DNA from: an uncultured Thermococci archaeon | Lineage (GTDB): Archaea; CAYQAE01; CAYVLA01 | Assembly (NCBI GenBank): GCA_964549615.1 | Contig: CAZJVP010000020.1 | Location: forward strand, 192,001-256,000 | DNA length: 64,000 bases | Direction of reading: 5' to 3' | Shown: one piece after another, positions 47,301 through 56,805 of the stretch | Position numbering within the stretch: position 1 is the first letter of the stretch | How the letters are laid out: each line of letters starts with the position of its first letter | The notes under the pieces: model-generated | The model's database searches: none | Seen by the model: the letters and a program-made list of their open reading frames with translations, nothing else | Told to the model about the DNA's origin: nothing | Translations under genes and position numbers: made by a program

Positions 47301-49104
47301 TCCATGCCTTGTCCAAGGCGAGATCGGGATAGGGCGCCCCAAGGAGCGAGGCCCATGTGCAAAATGACTCGGCACCGTACAGGCCAACCTCGCCCAGCCT
47401 GTTGGCTATCTTGAGCTCGATCCTCGATTGAGAGGTCCCGATGTGGTACTGGCTGGCGTCCCGGGAAGTAACTGGAACGAGCGCGCCGCGGGACTCGTCC
47501 TTGAGGACATCATCGAAGAACTCGGCGGGGTCCCCAACCTCGATGCGAGGCAAGAGCGACTTGAGCTCCTCGGTCCGTCCCAGGATCCACGGCGTGGGGG
47601 ATTTGAAGTCGTTGCAGTCCATCCTCAGGTCCGTGTGGTGTCCGAGGGATTCCATCTCCGAGAGGCCTGCGTATGCCCTCCCCCTCATCTCATCAAGGTT
47701 GGATGTGGTGAATCCGTAGTCGACCCGGCGATGGATCAGCGTGGTGCCGTCCAGAGACATGTGTCTGAATACGGCGGGGAAGCCCTTCACGGTCTTCGAC
47801 CAGATCACGCCGATGTTGCCCGACTTCTTGAGGATCTGGGAAAGCTGGACGATGTGGCCGAACACATCCCAAGGGTGGTAGACCCTCGGGCTAGCACCGA
47901 AAAGAGAGCTCGCGAACAACCTGCCGTAGAGGATGTTGCGTATGAGCTGCTCGCCCGATATGTTCTTCTCGTTGGGCTCGTTGTAGGAACCGCCTAGGAT
48001 GACCCTTCCCTGCCTGACGAGGCTCATCAGATAGTCGCGATCGCCGGGGTGGAAATCCAGGTACGGCTTCAGGTAGTCCAGCTCGTGGAAGATGACCTTG
48101 AATCCGGGGTCGGCCCTGCAGAAGTTGAGGTACTGGGCCACATTATGCAGCGACACGTCGTTGTACATCGATTGCGTGTTGGTCCATATGGGGTCGCAGT
48201 GAAACCCGACGCCGACATGGACGGTCGCGTCCGCAACCGGCACTGCGGGAACCTCGAGCTCACTGGACAACGTGCAGCGATCTTCGCCCGCCACCACCTC
48301 GAGGCCGACACGGGCCTTACCCACCTTCCACGCCATGGGAAGACCGAGCAGCACGCTCTTCGTCTCACCTGCCCTCACGATCTCGATCGATCTTGAGATC
48401 TCAGAACCAAGCTCCTCAGAACTCAGCAGGGTCGCGACGTCGGATACGTCTAGGCCCGAAAAGTTCGCGAGCGCGAACTCCAACTCCAGTTCCGGCCTCG
48501 CCGTAGTTCCGCGAAAGTACCCGGTCGCCCTCGGTGCCGTGACGCCGATCCCGCTCGACCCCACGAGCTTGGCCCTCCTGAAAGAACAGGATGCGCCCCA
48601 AGCGGCTCCGCGCCTAGCACTACCCAGAACCTTGAGAAGGAGGAGGTTTCGGCCGGGCTTCAGCGGGATCTGAACCAAACCTCTATCGGGCGACGCGACC
48701 CTGTGATTGACTATCAGGCGTCCCACCATCTGGGGCTTGAAGTCGCAGACGAACCACTCATCCGTCGAACTGACCAGATAGGTCGCCGCGTACGCGATGC
48801 CGTGACTTGCCTCCGGAAACAGCGAAGCGAAATCGATCTTTGAGGAGATTGCATCCAGGATGTCCCAGACCGTCTCCTTCCCGGGCAGAGCCTCTGACCG
48901 ATACGTCATGCCAGGGAAGGGTCGGATGAAAAGCTCGCCCCCGATGGGATCCGAGTCGGGCACCTCGAACCTGCCCATACGAAAGAGCCTGTAGGCCTCC
49001 GCCTCATCGCCGGCTGGGAAAGGCCCACAGACTAGCCAATGGGGGATGAAGCCTAGCTTCTCCACGGCCTTAGACGGGACGTCGCGAAACTGGTTTGCGC
49101 TCAT
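44389..49104 (-). CDS. GH38 alpha-mannosidase-like multidomain protein
   Basis: FHCDPIW (HxD Zn ligands), GG.YNEP....SGE.LIRN..YG, WDVFGH (nucleophile Asp), AW..LLFN.HHDAITGT, FN.L.W.R, ENEFY....D...G.I.S..DK. Confidence 0.85.
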   Translation of the reverse strand: MSANQFRDVPSKAVEKLGFIPHWLVCGPFPAGDEAEAYRLFRMGRFEVPDSDPIGGELFIRPFPGMTYRSEALPGKETVWDILDAISSKIDFASLFPEASHGIAYAATYLVSSTDEWFVCDFKPQMVGRLIVNHRVASPDRGLVQIPLKPGRNLLLLKVLGSARRGAAWGASCSFRRAKLVGSSGIGVTAPRATGYFRGTTARPELELEFALANFSGLDVSDVATLLSSEELGSEISRSIEIVRAGETKSVLLGLPMAWKVGKARVGLEVVAGEDRCTLSSELEVPAVPVADATVHVGVGFHCDPIWTNTQSMYNDVSLHNVAQYLNFCRADPGFKVIFHELDYLKPYLDFHPGDRDYLMSLVRQGRVILGGSYNEPNEKNISGEQLIRNILYGRLFASSLFGASPRVYHPWDVFGHIVQLSQILKKSGNIGVIWSKTVKGFPAVFRHMSLDGTTLIHRRVDYGFTTSNLDEMRGRAYAGLSEMESLGHHTDLRMDCNDFKSPTPWILGRTEELKSLLPRIEVGDPAEFFDDVLKDESRGALVPVTSRDASQYHIGTSQSRIELKIANRLGEVGLYGAESFCTWASLLGAPYPDLALDKAWRQLLFNSHHDAITGTSCDKSYLDMLQGYREALGLIHQCIARALDHIASKADLSACEGTPLMVFNALNWTRTSVAKARITFQKPVASFALLDPKGREQPFCVLSTEEDEKGIRSAEIEFVAQDIPSMGYATYQVRPLDRRSLPRWAAKGGELSIENEFYKLTVDPNRGGGIRSILDKETGKEVVPPASPHLANEIAILKEKGDRNEPSWELYTTGEMMFSDRFPVDVSVQECGPTSRIRVTGRVGEHCEVVREIVLRKGLKMIDFRTEIRDYRGKDDLFVALFPTDIAGSVPTYEERFGAIVKHRGRKQFDYKTWRGDAYSDCVIHSSQNFFDLGSTTKIRFVDYEARTVSSCPLGSVLLVTPHSKEVQILSARLQRALANRGVLTTPWFDDDDAPRRTKLVHADSTEARSMNEDLPNTNFRISVGVGANNSYSISLLRGLDKPTLEGFTDRVQRLGFDFLVVADRNVPPGWNAVPVLIVEASDSQQLEKAIDFLVDGLRSGDLIIPQHANHLGPVKVEDYGLTVLNRGNMANTVEPEGTMSLFLTHTSNWSRVHLEEEFIPERKDHVFQYALYPHAGSWREAGSYRLGWEYNVPLFCCQASPHKGSLPPVHSFLEVSSENVVVTACKPVGNPVAAFQARASDPSKGVVIRAYEAEGKRVDSVFKVWLPVEGAWRTDLLENRQASLDARGNSFAASFEPFSVETFEVKLVAPAAPAAVGPEVVEAVQPIYTRYWKENLGPAPIGYQAVALSIQGSPITEAGGRGTTINRLAVSLVNNYVDRPISGRIVMEAPAGWRVEPETIWYDLPPLSHRSYDVVLSFSGLRRTGLFRARITHDGQTYEDVIEVGEQSKLTYTGGGSVYQDVLKVQIERAVTWSVFHQDDRVAVRIENPYNERVDGGVALIVPPELWARNEVGDYSIAEMTPPVQAFHIPPKSFQVLEFRLRNRAERSVSFWAYAKLFYMGRTEYKRVR

Positions 49105-49212
49105 GGTTACCGCCGAACTCGACCGAGCACCGCGAATGCCGCATATAAAATGTAACCGCCTGCCGGGCCAACATTTTTACTCTGGCCACCGAGGCCCCCT
49201 AGCGGAATGCAC

Positions 49213-50067
49213 ATGATCAGGCTGGGCCTCTGTGGGACAAACAACTCGCACTCGGTCGTCTTCTCAAGGCTAGTCAACGATCCTAACCTTCCCGCACATG
49301 AAAAGGTTGAAGGTGCTAGGATGGTCGCATTCTTCGCCTACGATGACGAGAACGTCGCCAAGCTCAAGGAGCTCAACGTGAGCGCCCAAGTCAAGAGCAA
49401 GGAGGAACTCATCCACCTGGTCGACGGCGTCCTCTGCGTCACCAGGGATGGCTCCAAGCATCTTGAGGAGGCCACGCCGTTCCTTGAAGCCGGGGTCCCC
49501 ACCTTCATCGACAAGCCTCTTGCGACCTCTCTTGAGGACGCTAGGAAGATCGTTGCGATCGCCCGCAGGACCGGCACCCCGCTGATGTCCTGCTCGTCCC
49601 TCCGCTTTGCGCCCGAGATCACGAGCCATGAAGCCCGGCTCAAGGAGATAGCGCCACTCAGAGCGGGAACCGTCACCGGGATGGGAGAGACTATCTTCTA
49701 TGGCGTACACGCCGCTGAGATGATGAGCGCCGTATTCGGATCCGGGATGGATTACGTTGTGAACGTTGGAACGGAGGGCCACGACATCGGCACTGTCCAG
49801 TACGCCGACGGCAAGACAGTGTCTCTCCAGATAATCAGGGACGCGAAGGTGGATTTCCGGGTCATTGCGCACGGCGAGAAGGGCAGAGAGGAGATCGTCG
49901 TTTCAAGCACCCTTTACTATCCCGAGACGCTGAGGAGGGTCGTCGAGTTCGTCAAGACGGGGGAGAGCCCTGTGGATCCGAAAGACACGCTTGAGATCAT
50001 CGCATGCCTGAACGGCCTGGTGAAGAGCCGCGAGACCGGGACCCGGATCCGGCTGGCGGACCTTTAG
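49213..50067 (+). CDS. Gfo/Idh/MocA family oxidoreductase
   Basis: IRLG..G..NSH, H...A.PFL.AG.P.FIDKPLA, S.SSLRF, YGVH..EM. Confidence 0.88.
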   Translation: MIRLGLCGTNNSHSVVFSRLVNDPNLPAHEKVEGARMVAFFAYDDENVAKLKELNVSAQVKSKEELIHLVDGVLCVTRDGSKHLEEATPFLEAGVPTFIDKPLATSLEDARKIVAIARRTGTPLMSCSSLRFAPEITSHEARLKEIAPLRAGTVTGMGETIFYGVHAAEMMSAVFGSGMDYVVNVGTEGHDIGTVQYADGKTVSLQIIRDAKVDFRVIAHGEKGREEIVVSSTLYYPETLRRVVEFVKTGESPVDPKDTLEIIACLNGLVKSRETGTRIRLADL

Positions 50068-50084
50068 CACTGGGGTGGGCGACG

Positions 50085-51041
50085 TTGGACAGGATTCGGC
50101 TTGCGCTGATAGGCGCGGGGGGCATGGCAAACGCGGTGCACTATCCCTCGCTTGCCGAGTTCCCGGACGTGGAAATGGCGGGCCTGTGCGATCTTGTCGA
50201 GGAGAGACTGAACGCGACGGCCGATCGGTTCAACATACAGGCAAGATACCGGGACTACAGGAAGATGATAGAGGATATCAAACCTGACGCGGCCTACATC
50301 CTGATGCCTCCCCATCAACTGTATGACCTGGCGGTGTACTGCCTCTCCAAAGGCATTCACCTCTTCATAGAGAAGCCGCCGGGCATCACGAGCTACCAGA
50401 CAAAGAGGCTCTCAAAGCATGCAAGGTCGCACGGATGCCTAACCATGGTCGGGTTCAATCGGAGGTACATTCCCCTCATGACTAGGGTCAAGGAGATGGC
50501 CGAGCAGAAGGGTCCCATACTCCAAGCGGTTGCAAGTTTCTACAAGAACATGGTGGGAGCTCCCCCATACTATGATGGCGCAGTGGACCTGCTCACATGC
50601 GACGTGATCCATGCGGTCGATGCCCTGAGGTGGATGTGCGGTGAGGCAAGCAGAATCGCGAGCCACATACGGGCACTGAACGCCGACTACGAGAACAGCT
50701 TCAACGCCCTGATCAAATTCGAGTCCGGCGCCTCCGGCGTCCTGCTCAGCAACTGGACGGGCGGAGCCCGGGTGCACACCTTCGAGATGCATTCCATCCG
50801 CTTCTCGGCATTCATAGATCCAAACACCAAGGCCAGGATTTTCGACGACTCCGACCAGGCGATCGAGATAAGGGCCCAGGACGCCGCAGGATCGGATTCG
50901 TTCCACAAGGTCTATGGCTTCTCCGCAGAGAACAGACACTTCATAGATTGCGTGAGGAACGGCAAAGAGCCGATGACAAGCTTCGAGGACGCGGCCAAGA
51001 CCATGGAACTCATCGACCGAATTAACGCTTCAAGGATCTAA
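50085..51041 (+). CDS. Gfo/Idh/MocA family oxidoreductase
   Basis: IGAGGMA..VH.PSL, FIEKPP, VGFNRRY, D.IHAVD, E..HFIDC. TTG 50085 follows a GGGGTGG SD-like motif. Confidence 0.92.
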   Translation: MDRIRLALIGAGGMANAVHYPSLAEFPDVEMAGLCDLVEERLNATADRFNIQARYRDYRKMIEDIKPDAAYILMPPHQLYDLAVYCLSKGIHLFIEKPPGITSYQTKRLSKHARSHGCLTMVGFNRRYIPLMTRVKEMAEQKGPILQAVASFYKNMVGAPPYYDGAVDLLTCDVIHAVDALRWMCGEASRIASHIRALNADYENSFNALIKFESGASGVLLSNWTGGARVHTFEMHSIRFSAFIDPNTKARIFDDSDQAIEIRAQDAAGSDSFHKVYGFSAENRHFIDCVRNGKEPMTSFEDAAKTMELIDRINASRI

Positions 51042-51175
51042 GAACCCTTGCAGGGGCGACTTGGCGGACAGACGGGGCGGCGCCTAGGGTCTTCGCATCT
51101 CGACACCTGCGCGTGCCTCGTTGTTCGTGATTCCTGCGCAACCGAGATAAATGGCGTTGAGAAAGAGGCCCGTAC

Positions 51176-52234
51176 ATGAGAATCTGCATAGTGAACCCGT
51201 TCTTCCACCCTTACATCGGAGGGATCGAGGAACACATACGCGCCATCGGAACGAGGCTCTCCAAACGCGACGAGGTCCACGTAATCACGAGCCTCTTGCC
51301 CGGAACCCAGGCCTTCGAAGTAGTGGACGGAATGCAGGTCCACAGGCTGCCTTCGCTCTTCCTAAAGATATATACGCCGCCTGCCACTGCCACATGGGGG
51401 GTTGGGAAACGCATAGCCGACATTTCCCCCGACATCTTGCATGCCCACCACAGGTGGTCCCCGGAATATGCAAGGGCGGTGAGGGGCTTCGTAGGGAAGA
51501 TCCCCATTGTGCTGACATGGCACAACGATTTCGGCGAGGGCGTTGGATGGCAGCGACCGTTCAGCCTCTTGAACGACGTGCTCTTCAGGCAGTACCTTGC
51601 GCGGAGATGCGCAAGGATAATCTGCATCAGCGAGTACGTACGCGGTAGGCTCATCGAGAGGGGAATCCGGGCGGAACTGCTGCGCGTCATCCACAACGGC
51701 GTGGAAATCCAACCATACTCAGATCTCGAGGAAGACTTCGTCCTCTATGTGGGTCGGTTGGTTCAGACAAAGGGATTGGATGTGCTGGCGAAGGCCATGA
51801 AGGGGGTTCGCTCGACACTAGTCGTATGCGGCAAAGGGCCGTCGTCCCACATCCTAAAGGGACTGCCAAACGTGAAGCTGGCGGGCCACGTCGCCGAAGA
51901 GGAAAAACACAAACTCCTGGCAAGATGCAAGTTCCTTGTCCTCCCGTCCAGAATCGAGTCCTTCGGGTTGGTCCTCCTGGAGGCCATGGCTCACGGAAAG
52001 CCCGTGGTGGCAACGAGGGTTGGCGGCGTTCCGGAGGTTGTGGGTGACGCAGGGATCCTAGTGGAGCCAGGGGATTCGCGTCAGCTAAGGGATGCGATGA
52101 ACTCCCTTCTTTCCGACGATGGGCTGCGCCGCGAGCTGGGCAAAAAAGCTTGGGCTCGCGCCAGCATCTTTTCCTGGGACAGGACGGCCTCGGAAGTGTT
52201 GGAAGTATACCGGGAGGTCCTCATGTCCCGCTAG
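51176..52234 (+). CDS. Glycosyltransferase family 4
   Basis: P.IGGIE, VIHNGV, YVGRL...KG, LPS..ESFGLVLLEAMA.GKPVVAT..GG.PEVV. Confidence 0.95.
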   Translation: MRICIVNPFFHPYIGGIEEHIRAIGTRLSKRDEVHVITSLLPGTQAFEVVDGMQVHRLPSLFLKIYTPPATATWGVGKRIADISPDILHAHHRWSPEYARAVRGFVGKIPIVLTWHNDFGEGVGWQRPFSLLNDVLFRQYLARRCARIICISEYVRGRLIERGIRAELLRVIHNGVEIQPYSDLEEDFVLYVGRLVQTKGLDVLAKAMKGVRSTLVVCGKGPSSHILKGLPNVKLAGHVAEEEKHKLLARCKFLVLPSRIESFGLVLLEAMAHGKPVVATRVGGVPEVVGDAGILVEPGDSRQLRDAMNSLLSDDGLRRELGKKAWARASIFSWDRTASEVLEVYREVLMSR

Positions 52235-53342
52235 GGCCACTCCCCCCTCGCTCAAGGAGGGACAGATAGAGGGCCTTCCATTCCTCCGCAATCCTTCCCT
52301 GCGAGAACTGCTCCGCCTTCCGGCGCGCACTCGCGCCCATCCTCTCCCGAAGGTTCTTGTCGCCGAGGAGATTCAAGACACACCGGGCCAGGTCCTCCGC
52401 ATTTCCCGGCCGGAACTTCAGACCGTCAACACCGTTCGTGATCACATCCCTGAGGCCGCCTGCGTCGGCACCGACAACCGGCTTTGCGCAGGCCATCGCC
52501 TCGAGGGCCACAAGTCCCTGCGTCTCGGTGTCCGAAGGGATCACGAAGATATCGCAACCCCTGTACGCATCGACCAGGTCTGGGAGCTCGAGATAGTGAT
52601 CGAAACGGAAGTTGCCGTTCAGCCCTTTCCTTCGGACCATGCTTCGGTAGAGTTCTTCCTGGACGCCACTCCCGACCACCCTGAATGTCGACCCGGGATA
52701 CTCCTTCAGAATCAGAGGCGCGGCATCGATCAGGATCTCAACCTTCTTCTCCCTGCCGAGACGGCCCACGTAGAGGATCACCGGATCGTGGTTCGGGGGC
52801 CTGTCTTGGGGGCTGAAGAACTCCGTGTTGAGGGAGTTCGATATTACGCGGACATCCCTCAACCTTCTGGCGAGGAGGATGTCGCGCATTGAGGCTGAAG
52901 GCGTAGTCACCACCGTGCAACGCCTGTAGAAGCAACTCACGTACCTCCACGCCAGCCCCCTGAGCAGCCCGCCCAGGTCGCCATAGACGTAATGTGTGTA
53001 CTCCGGCACCAGCGTGTGAAAGGTCCCGACGATTGGGAGCATCAGCCTCTTGGCCGCAGACACCGCGGCCAACCCGAGCGTGAACGGGGTGTGGACGTGA
53101 ACTAGGTCTATGCCCTCCTCGATGAATATCTGGCCCATCGTTCTCGGGCCCACCAAGGCGACCCTGTAGTCCGGATAGGGCTGAAACGTCAATGATCGAA
53201 AGCCCCGTGCACTCTTGGCATCGGTGGGTGCAAAGATCCTGACCTCGTGGTCCTTGCCCACCTCCTCCGCGATGGCGTCCACGGAGCTGACGACGCCGTT
53301 GACCTGCGGATGGTAAGTGTCGGTGATCAAGGCCACTTTCAA
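52221..53342 (-). CDS. Glycosyltransferase family 4 (diacylglycerol glucosyltransferase-like subgroup)
   Basis: TDTY.PQVNGV, H.HTPF.LG, TFHT, YVGRL..EK, PS.TETQGLV.LEAMA..KPVV. Confidence 0.93.
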   Translation of the reverse strand: MKVALITDTYHPQVNGVVSSVDAIAEEVGKDHEVRIFAPTDAKSARGFRSLTFQPYPDYRVALVGPRTMGQIFIEEGIDLVHVHTPFTLGLAAVSAAKRLMLPIVGTFHTLVPEYTHYVYGDLGGLLRGLAWRYVSCFYRRCTVVTTPSASMRDILLARRLRDVRVISNSLNTEFFSPQDRPPNHDPVILYVGRLGREKKVEILIDAAPLILKEYPGSTFRVVGSGVQEELYRSMVRRKGLNGNFRFDHYLELPDLVDAYRGCDIFVIPSDTETQGLVALEAMACAKPVVGADAGGLRDVITNGVDGLKFRPGNAEDLARCVLNLLGDKNLRERMGASARRKAEQFSQGRIAEEWKALYLSLLERGGSGPSGT

Positions 53343-53628
53343 CCTGTCAGGCCCCTAGACGTCTGCGCGCGAGCGCCCGGACAAGGAGGCTCCGAACGCC
53401 CGAAGTTCTATGCGAATCCAGATCGTTCGGTCGTCCTAGGAAAAGACCAGGAGGTGTTGATAATGTTATCGCATGGCGCCTGGGGCCGTCTTGGCGTGCT
53501 CCACGCCGGATCGGCCAAGCGACGCCATGCCTTTCGCCCCAAGCCCGGACAAGATCAGGGATGCCGCAAGATGAATGTTGGAGCAATACTTATAACCCGC
53601 TTGCCGGGGGTACGACAAAGGTGTTTCG

Positions 53629-54726
53629 GTGCCTCCTTCGGCCCGCATAGATCCTGTCCGCACCGGGATACTCGTCCTAGCTGGCGCGTCCCTAGTCGTG
53701 CTGCTAGTGCTCTGCATCGGCGGCCGGGCTGCGCTCCAGAACATCCTGAGGATGAAGCCGGGCCTCTTCCTGGTCGCCCTCGGCCTGCAGATCGCCCACA
53801 CGGCCCTTTGGGCCCTGCGATGGTCGCTGATCATCCGCGCCCAGGGACAGAAGGTGCCAAGGGAGATCCTGGGCATAACATTCTCGGGTGCCTTCTTCAA
53901 CAACATAACGCCCGTGGCCAAGAGCGGAGGGGAGCCGGTGCGAGCCTACCTGTTGGGGAAGATGAACCACACGACCCCGGAGGAGGGGATGGCTAGCGTG
54001 GTGGTCGACCGCATCTTCGACATGGCGCCCTTCGTGATAATATGCCTCATCACCTTTGCCCTCATATTCGTGTCCCATCTTGCTGCGAACCTGTTCCTCC
54101 TCACGTTGATCCTCCTTGGGCTCATCGCCTCGGGCGTGCTCTCGGTCGTCTTGACCCTTGCTTGCCTCCGTAAAGAGGCAGGGCTCAGGATTGTCCTTTT
54201 CTTCTTTGACAAGCTCAAGCCCATACTCAGACGGTTCGGCCCCGTGGAAGAGCTGAGGAGCCGGCTGGAAAAAGCACTGGGAAGGTTCTACCTCGGCGTC
54301 AAGACCATCTCCGAGAACAGGCGGCTCCTCCTAGCAAGCATGCTGATCTCCCTCCTGCTCTGGCTCATCATCATCCTCAGGCTGAAGACGGTGTTCGCCT
54401 CGCTGGGATCGGAGCAGAGCCTCCTTGTCATCAACGTCGTTTCAGTCGGTGCCGTGTTCGTCGAGTTCCTTCCCCTCCTTCCCGGAGGGCTGGTCTCGAC
54501 GGAGGCGACCATGATCGCGCTCTTCATAGGCCTTGGGGTGCACAAGGACCTTTCCACCTCAGCAGTTCTGCTCGACCGCGTGATATCATACTGGGCCGTG
54601 ACGATCATCGGGGCTGCTACGACCTTTTACTTCGGCCTCAGGCAGGGCCTTCGATGGGAGGCAAACGCCACAAACGATGATGGCCAGAAGACGGATCGCG
54701 AGCCCGATGGTGAGCGTTCCATCTGA
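53629..54726 (+). CDS. UPF0104 / lysylphosphatidylglycerol synthase TM-like flippase
   Basis: ALRW..I, G.FFNNITP....GGEP.R.YL, VVDRIFD, LPGGL..E, LDR.ISYW. Confidence 0.88.
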   Translation: MPPSARIDPVRTGILVLAGASLVVLLVLCIGGRAALQNILRMKPGLFLVALGLQIAHTALWALRWSLIIRAQGQKVPREILGITFSGAFFNNITPVAKSGGEPVRAYLLGKMNHTTPEEGMASVVVDRIFDMAPFVIICLITFALIFVSHLAANLFLLTLILLGLIASGVLSVVLTLACLRKEAGLRIVLFFFDKLKPILRRFGPVEELRSRLEKALGRFYLGVKTISENRRLLLASMLISLLLWLIIILRLKTVFASLGSEQSLLVINVVSVGAVFVEFLPLLPGGLVSTEATMIALFIGLGVHKDLSTSAVLLDRVISYWAVTIIGAATTFYFGLRQGLRWEANATNDDGQKTDREPDGERSI

Positions 54727-54876
54727 GTTCGACTTCGTCCCGCCTCGCTATGCTGAAACCTCGGCTCTTCCTGCGGCAACCACCCTCGATGGAGTCTTTC
54801 CCCAAAAAGGCCTTTAAAATCCGCATCGCCCGGTCGGGCATATCGTGATGTAGTTTTCCACCAACGATGGCATTGG

Positions 54877-55311
54877 ATGACCTGGAGGGCCCCCGAACAC
54901 TGGAGACGTACGCTGGTTGCCTACCTTGTGGCCTTCAGCTTATGCGTCCCGTGGTACCTCGCCCAGAGAAAGGAGAAGGTCCAGCCCTCCGTATCGGGGT
55001 TGGTGATCGAGGTCGTCGACGGTGATACCATCGAGGTCTCAGGCCTGGGAACGGTGAGACTCGTGGGCATCAACACGCCCGAAAAGGGGCAGCCAGGATA
55101 CCAAGAGGCCCTGGAGTTCGTCAGGAGCAACTATCTGGGGAAGACGGTCCTAGTCGACGTCGACGACGAGTCGCCCAGGGATCCCTATGGCAGGATCCTG
55201 GGAGTCGTGTACTTCAACGGCACAAACGTCAATGCCCAACTGTTGCGCTGCGGGCTCGCCAAGATCCTCTATCTTCCCCCCTCCGAGTTTGACCCCAGTT
55301 CTTGGCAGTGA
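54877..55311 (+). CDS. Thermonuclease (SNase) family protein with N-terminal TM/signal
   Basis: V..VVDGDTI, VRLVGINTPE, D.YGR.L..VY, N..L...GLA. Confidence 0.92.
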   Translation: MTWRAPEHWRRTLVAYLVAFSLCVPWYLAQRKEKVQPSVSGLVIEVVDGDTIEVSGLGTVRLVGINTPEKGQPGYQEALEFVRSNYLGKTVLVDVDDESPRDPYGRILGVVYFNGTNVNAQLLRCGLAKILYLPPSEFDPSSWQ

Positions 55312-55586
55312 GGCCCTGCGCTTCCGGGTCAGGGCACAGTTGGTTCTTGATTAGCAGGACGGAATCAAGGCCCGGCCAGAGTGGACTCGAGACTGGCATG
55401 CCGCTCAACGCCCTACCCAATTCCAGCATCGAGGGGGCGCCCGACCCGCGGGGCCAAGCGCGCAGAGTACCGCAACCAGGCACCACAGCTAATAGCATCT
55501 CCGTCCCCCACCCAGAGGGAATCTGGTGCGTACCTTGTCCGGAGAGAGCCTGACGTGAGAAACTGGGTCGGCATAGGCAGCCGGCC

Positions 55587-56006
55587 TCAGGCATGGACAG
55601 ACGAGGTGACCGGATCCACGACCTTGATGGACGGAATCCTTCTGAAGGTTCTGTCATGAGTCATTATCGTGTCGACGTCTGACAGTTTCATCGCCGCCAG
55701 GATGGTGCTATCTCGGCCGCCGATGCCCATATCAGCGTACTCGACCAGAAACCCCAAGGCGAGCTCTAGCATCTCCATGTCGAACTCCACGATTTTCATC
55801 GTCTCGAGGTTCTTCAAGTACCCGATGAACGCCCAGAACTCCGCCTTGGCAAGCCCCCGGAAGAAGTGAGCAACCTCCATCAGGACCGTAGTGGTTGTGA
55901 CAGCACCAGAACCGATCTCTGCCTCGAGGGCGCCGGCCACCTGGCCGTGTTCTGGGAGGCGGGTATCGAAGTAGTATATCCAGATGTTGGTATCGACGAG
56001 CATCAT
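55587..56006 (-). CDS. vapC: VapC-family PIN-domain toxin
   Basis: LVDTNI, EV.H, GRDS.I.A, I.THD..F; all four acidic active-site positions present. Confidence 0.9.
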   Translation of the reverse strand: MMLVDTNIWIYYFDTRLPEHGQVAGALEAEIGSGAVTTTTVLMEVAHFFRGLAKAEFWAFIGYLKNLETMKIVEFDMEMLELALGFLVEYADMGIGGRDSTILAAMKLSDVDTIMTHDRTFRRIPSIKVVDPVTSSVHA

Positions 56007-56025
56007 CTGGGCTCCCAGATCCTCT

Positions 56026-56241
56026 TCAGTTCAAGGGGTCCACCTTCGGGATGGCGGAGCCTTCCTTGATGCACCCCTTCATCTTCTCCATGAACTCTTC
56101 TGGCTTGACCGGCGGTGTCACAATGATGCTGTTTCCTTGGAGGTAGAGCCTGACCCTCTTTCCGGCCTCAAGACCCAACGTCTCTCGGAATGCCTTTGGC
56201 AGCATGATCCTGCCTTTTGAGTCCAGGGTCGCTTCCCACAT
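56026..56241 (-). CDS. AbrB/MazE/SpoVT-family antitoxin (apparently C-terminally frameshifted)
   Basis: ATLDSKGRI.LPK..RE.LGL..G..V; lies immediately upstream of vapC. Confidence 0.85.
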   Translation of the reverse strand: MWEATLDSKGRIMLPKAFRETLGLEAGKRVRLYLQGNSIIVTPPVKPEEFMEKMKGCIKEGSAIPKVDPLN

Positions 56242-56269
56242 TCTCCCACCGATTCCCACTAGGTGGGAA
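56234..56269. promoter_or_regulatory. Putative antitoxin operator: palindrome TTCCCAC-TAG-GTGGGAA plus TCCCAC repeats at 10-bp spacing
   Basis: Palindrome at 56253-56269; TCCCAC at 56234, 56244 and 56254, overlapping the antitoxin start. Confidence 0.6.
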
Positions 56270-56805
56270 GGACTCGTGAACATTACCCTTGCGTTGGTGG
56301 AATCTTTGAAGAGTGCTGAGAGGCCTCGTGCTCCTCGTCTGTGTCCTAGTTGAACATCGTGTAGGTTAGGCCCTAGTGAGGGCAAGAAGACAGCAAGCGG
56401 AATGCTGCCCAAACCTTTCCTAGAGTCCCTCCGCCGCTCAAATGCACGCCTTCTGGTATCCTCGTCAGAGCCCCTTTTTTGCACCCGCGAAACATCGTTG
56501 GGTATGAGAGGACTCCGTGGGCAGCTCTACACGATGACCAAGGGAGGGTAGCCAGAGGCCCTGGGTCAGGATGCTGACAAGCCCTTGAGTCAGAGAAGAC
56601 GTTCATTCGTTATCGGACCGAGACTCAATCTCCTCTATGCTTGGAAGCTTCGATCCCAGCCCTTGAGGGGCCTTGATCGGATCTTCAGGGATTCCCACGA
56701 GCTCGCCAACCGCACTCCTCCGAACGTGCTTTTGGCAAATGGTGGAGTCTAGATGACCGCTGGACCTTCATGGAGAGCGTCTAGCAGCGTGGTCCAGTGC
56801 CCTTG

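Noticed and set aside
56270-56805. Short ORFs and upstream extension of the antitoxin
   Set aside because: No motifs; the AbrB domain begins at ATG 56241. The region is probably non-coding or decayed.
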